Below are positions 63,273 to 64,000 of a stretch of 64,000 bases of DNA, piece after piece; the stretch's first letter is position 1; each line of letters begins with the position of its first letter. The DNA comes from Eledone cirrhosa (Eukaryota). The DNA lies in assembly GCA_964016885.1 (NCBI GenBank), contig OZ024756.1:11284001-11348000 (forward strand). The letters run 5' to 3'. Position numbers and translations under genes: made by a program. The notes under the pieces were generated by a model. That model had not been told where the DNA came from. It saw only the letters and a list, made by a program, of their open reading frames with translations, and searched no databases.

Positions 63273-63882
63273 ATTATTATTATTATATATATATATATAT
63301 ATATGTGTGTGTATGTGTGTGTGTGTATGTATATATATATATATATATATATATAGTAATGAGTCTTGTCACAGGATCGTCAGACAAATATCACACACAC
63401 ACACATACTCATCCTCTGATGATTGATTCCCGTCTCCTGTAACTTTAGCACAATCAATAGTTGGTAATCGATGATCAATTGCTTAGTTCAATTTTTGTTA
63501 TGGTTTTCAAGTCATGAAATCGTACCGTAAGGAAAGAACTTTTCCACCTTAAAGTACGTATTTTTACTAAATATTATGTGCTCTATATATGTACTTATTG
63601 AAGGTGTGTAGCTGGGTGGCTAGAGAATTGGATTTGCAATCGTTGTCAATGCTTTATGTCCTTGAGCAAGACACTTTATTTTATGTTGCTCCTTCTGGCA
63701 TGTATTTGCGACTCATAGATAGTACTAGCAATTAGAAAGACTAACGAAAACATTGTTTCTTCTGTCCAATTTGATGAAAGTCAATCGACAGTCGATATAT
63801 GTACAAAATACTTTGTGTTTCTCAAATGATATATGGCTCTTTCTCTCTCTATATATATATACATATATCTTTTAATTTAAAT

Positions 63883-63915
<33 letters not shown>

Positions 63916-64000
63916 ATATATATATATGTGTATATATATATGTATTATGAAAGTAAAACAAAGAAGCCTTCAATACATCAAAAGTCTTTATTAGCCAACA

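Overview
AT-rich, repeat-saturated eukaryotic intergenic or intronic DNA. The SINE/LINE repertoire suggests a coleoid cephalopod, octopus-like (inference). No host gene is supported; nearly all coding sequence belongs to retroelements. Main contents: (1) a co-oriented cluster of L1/Tx1-clade LINEs at 5.3-18.3 kb, with two head-to-tail full-length copies sitting in (TATC)n; (2) many RTE-clade LINEs, one with an uninterrupted ~1030-aa ORF (27.7-30.8 kb) whose RT carries an inserted C4HC3 PHD-like finger; (3) a Penelope-like element (RT + GIY-YIG, Naiad-like) with ~930-bp inverted arms, each holding a minimal hammerhead ribozyme; (4) several short elements with intact or decayed hammerhead motifs; (5) two R4/Dong-like RLE 3' fragments with the same 5' breakpoint; (6) two tRNA-derived SINE families, hAT-like MITEs, and many micro- and minisatellites, some built from retroelement sequence. 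Coordinates were read by eye and most boundaries are approximate.
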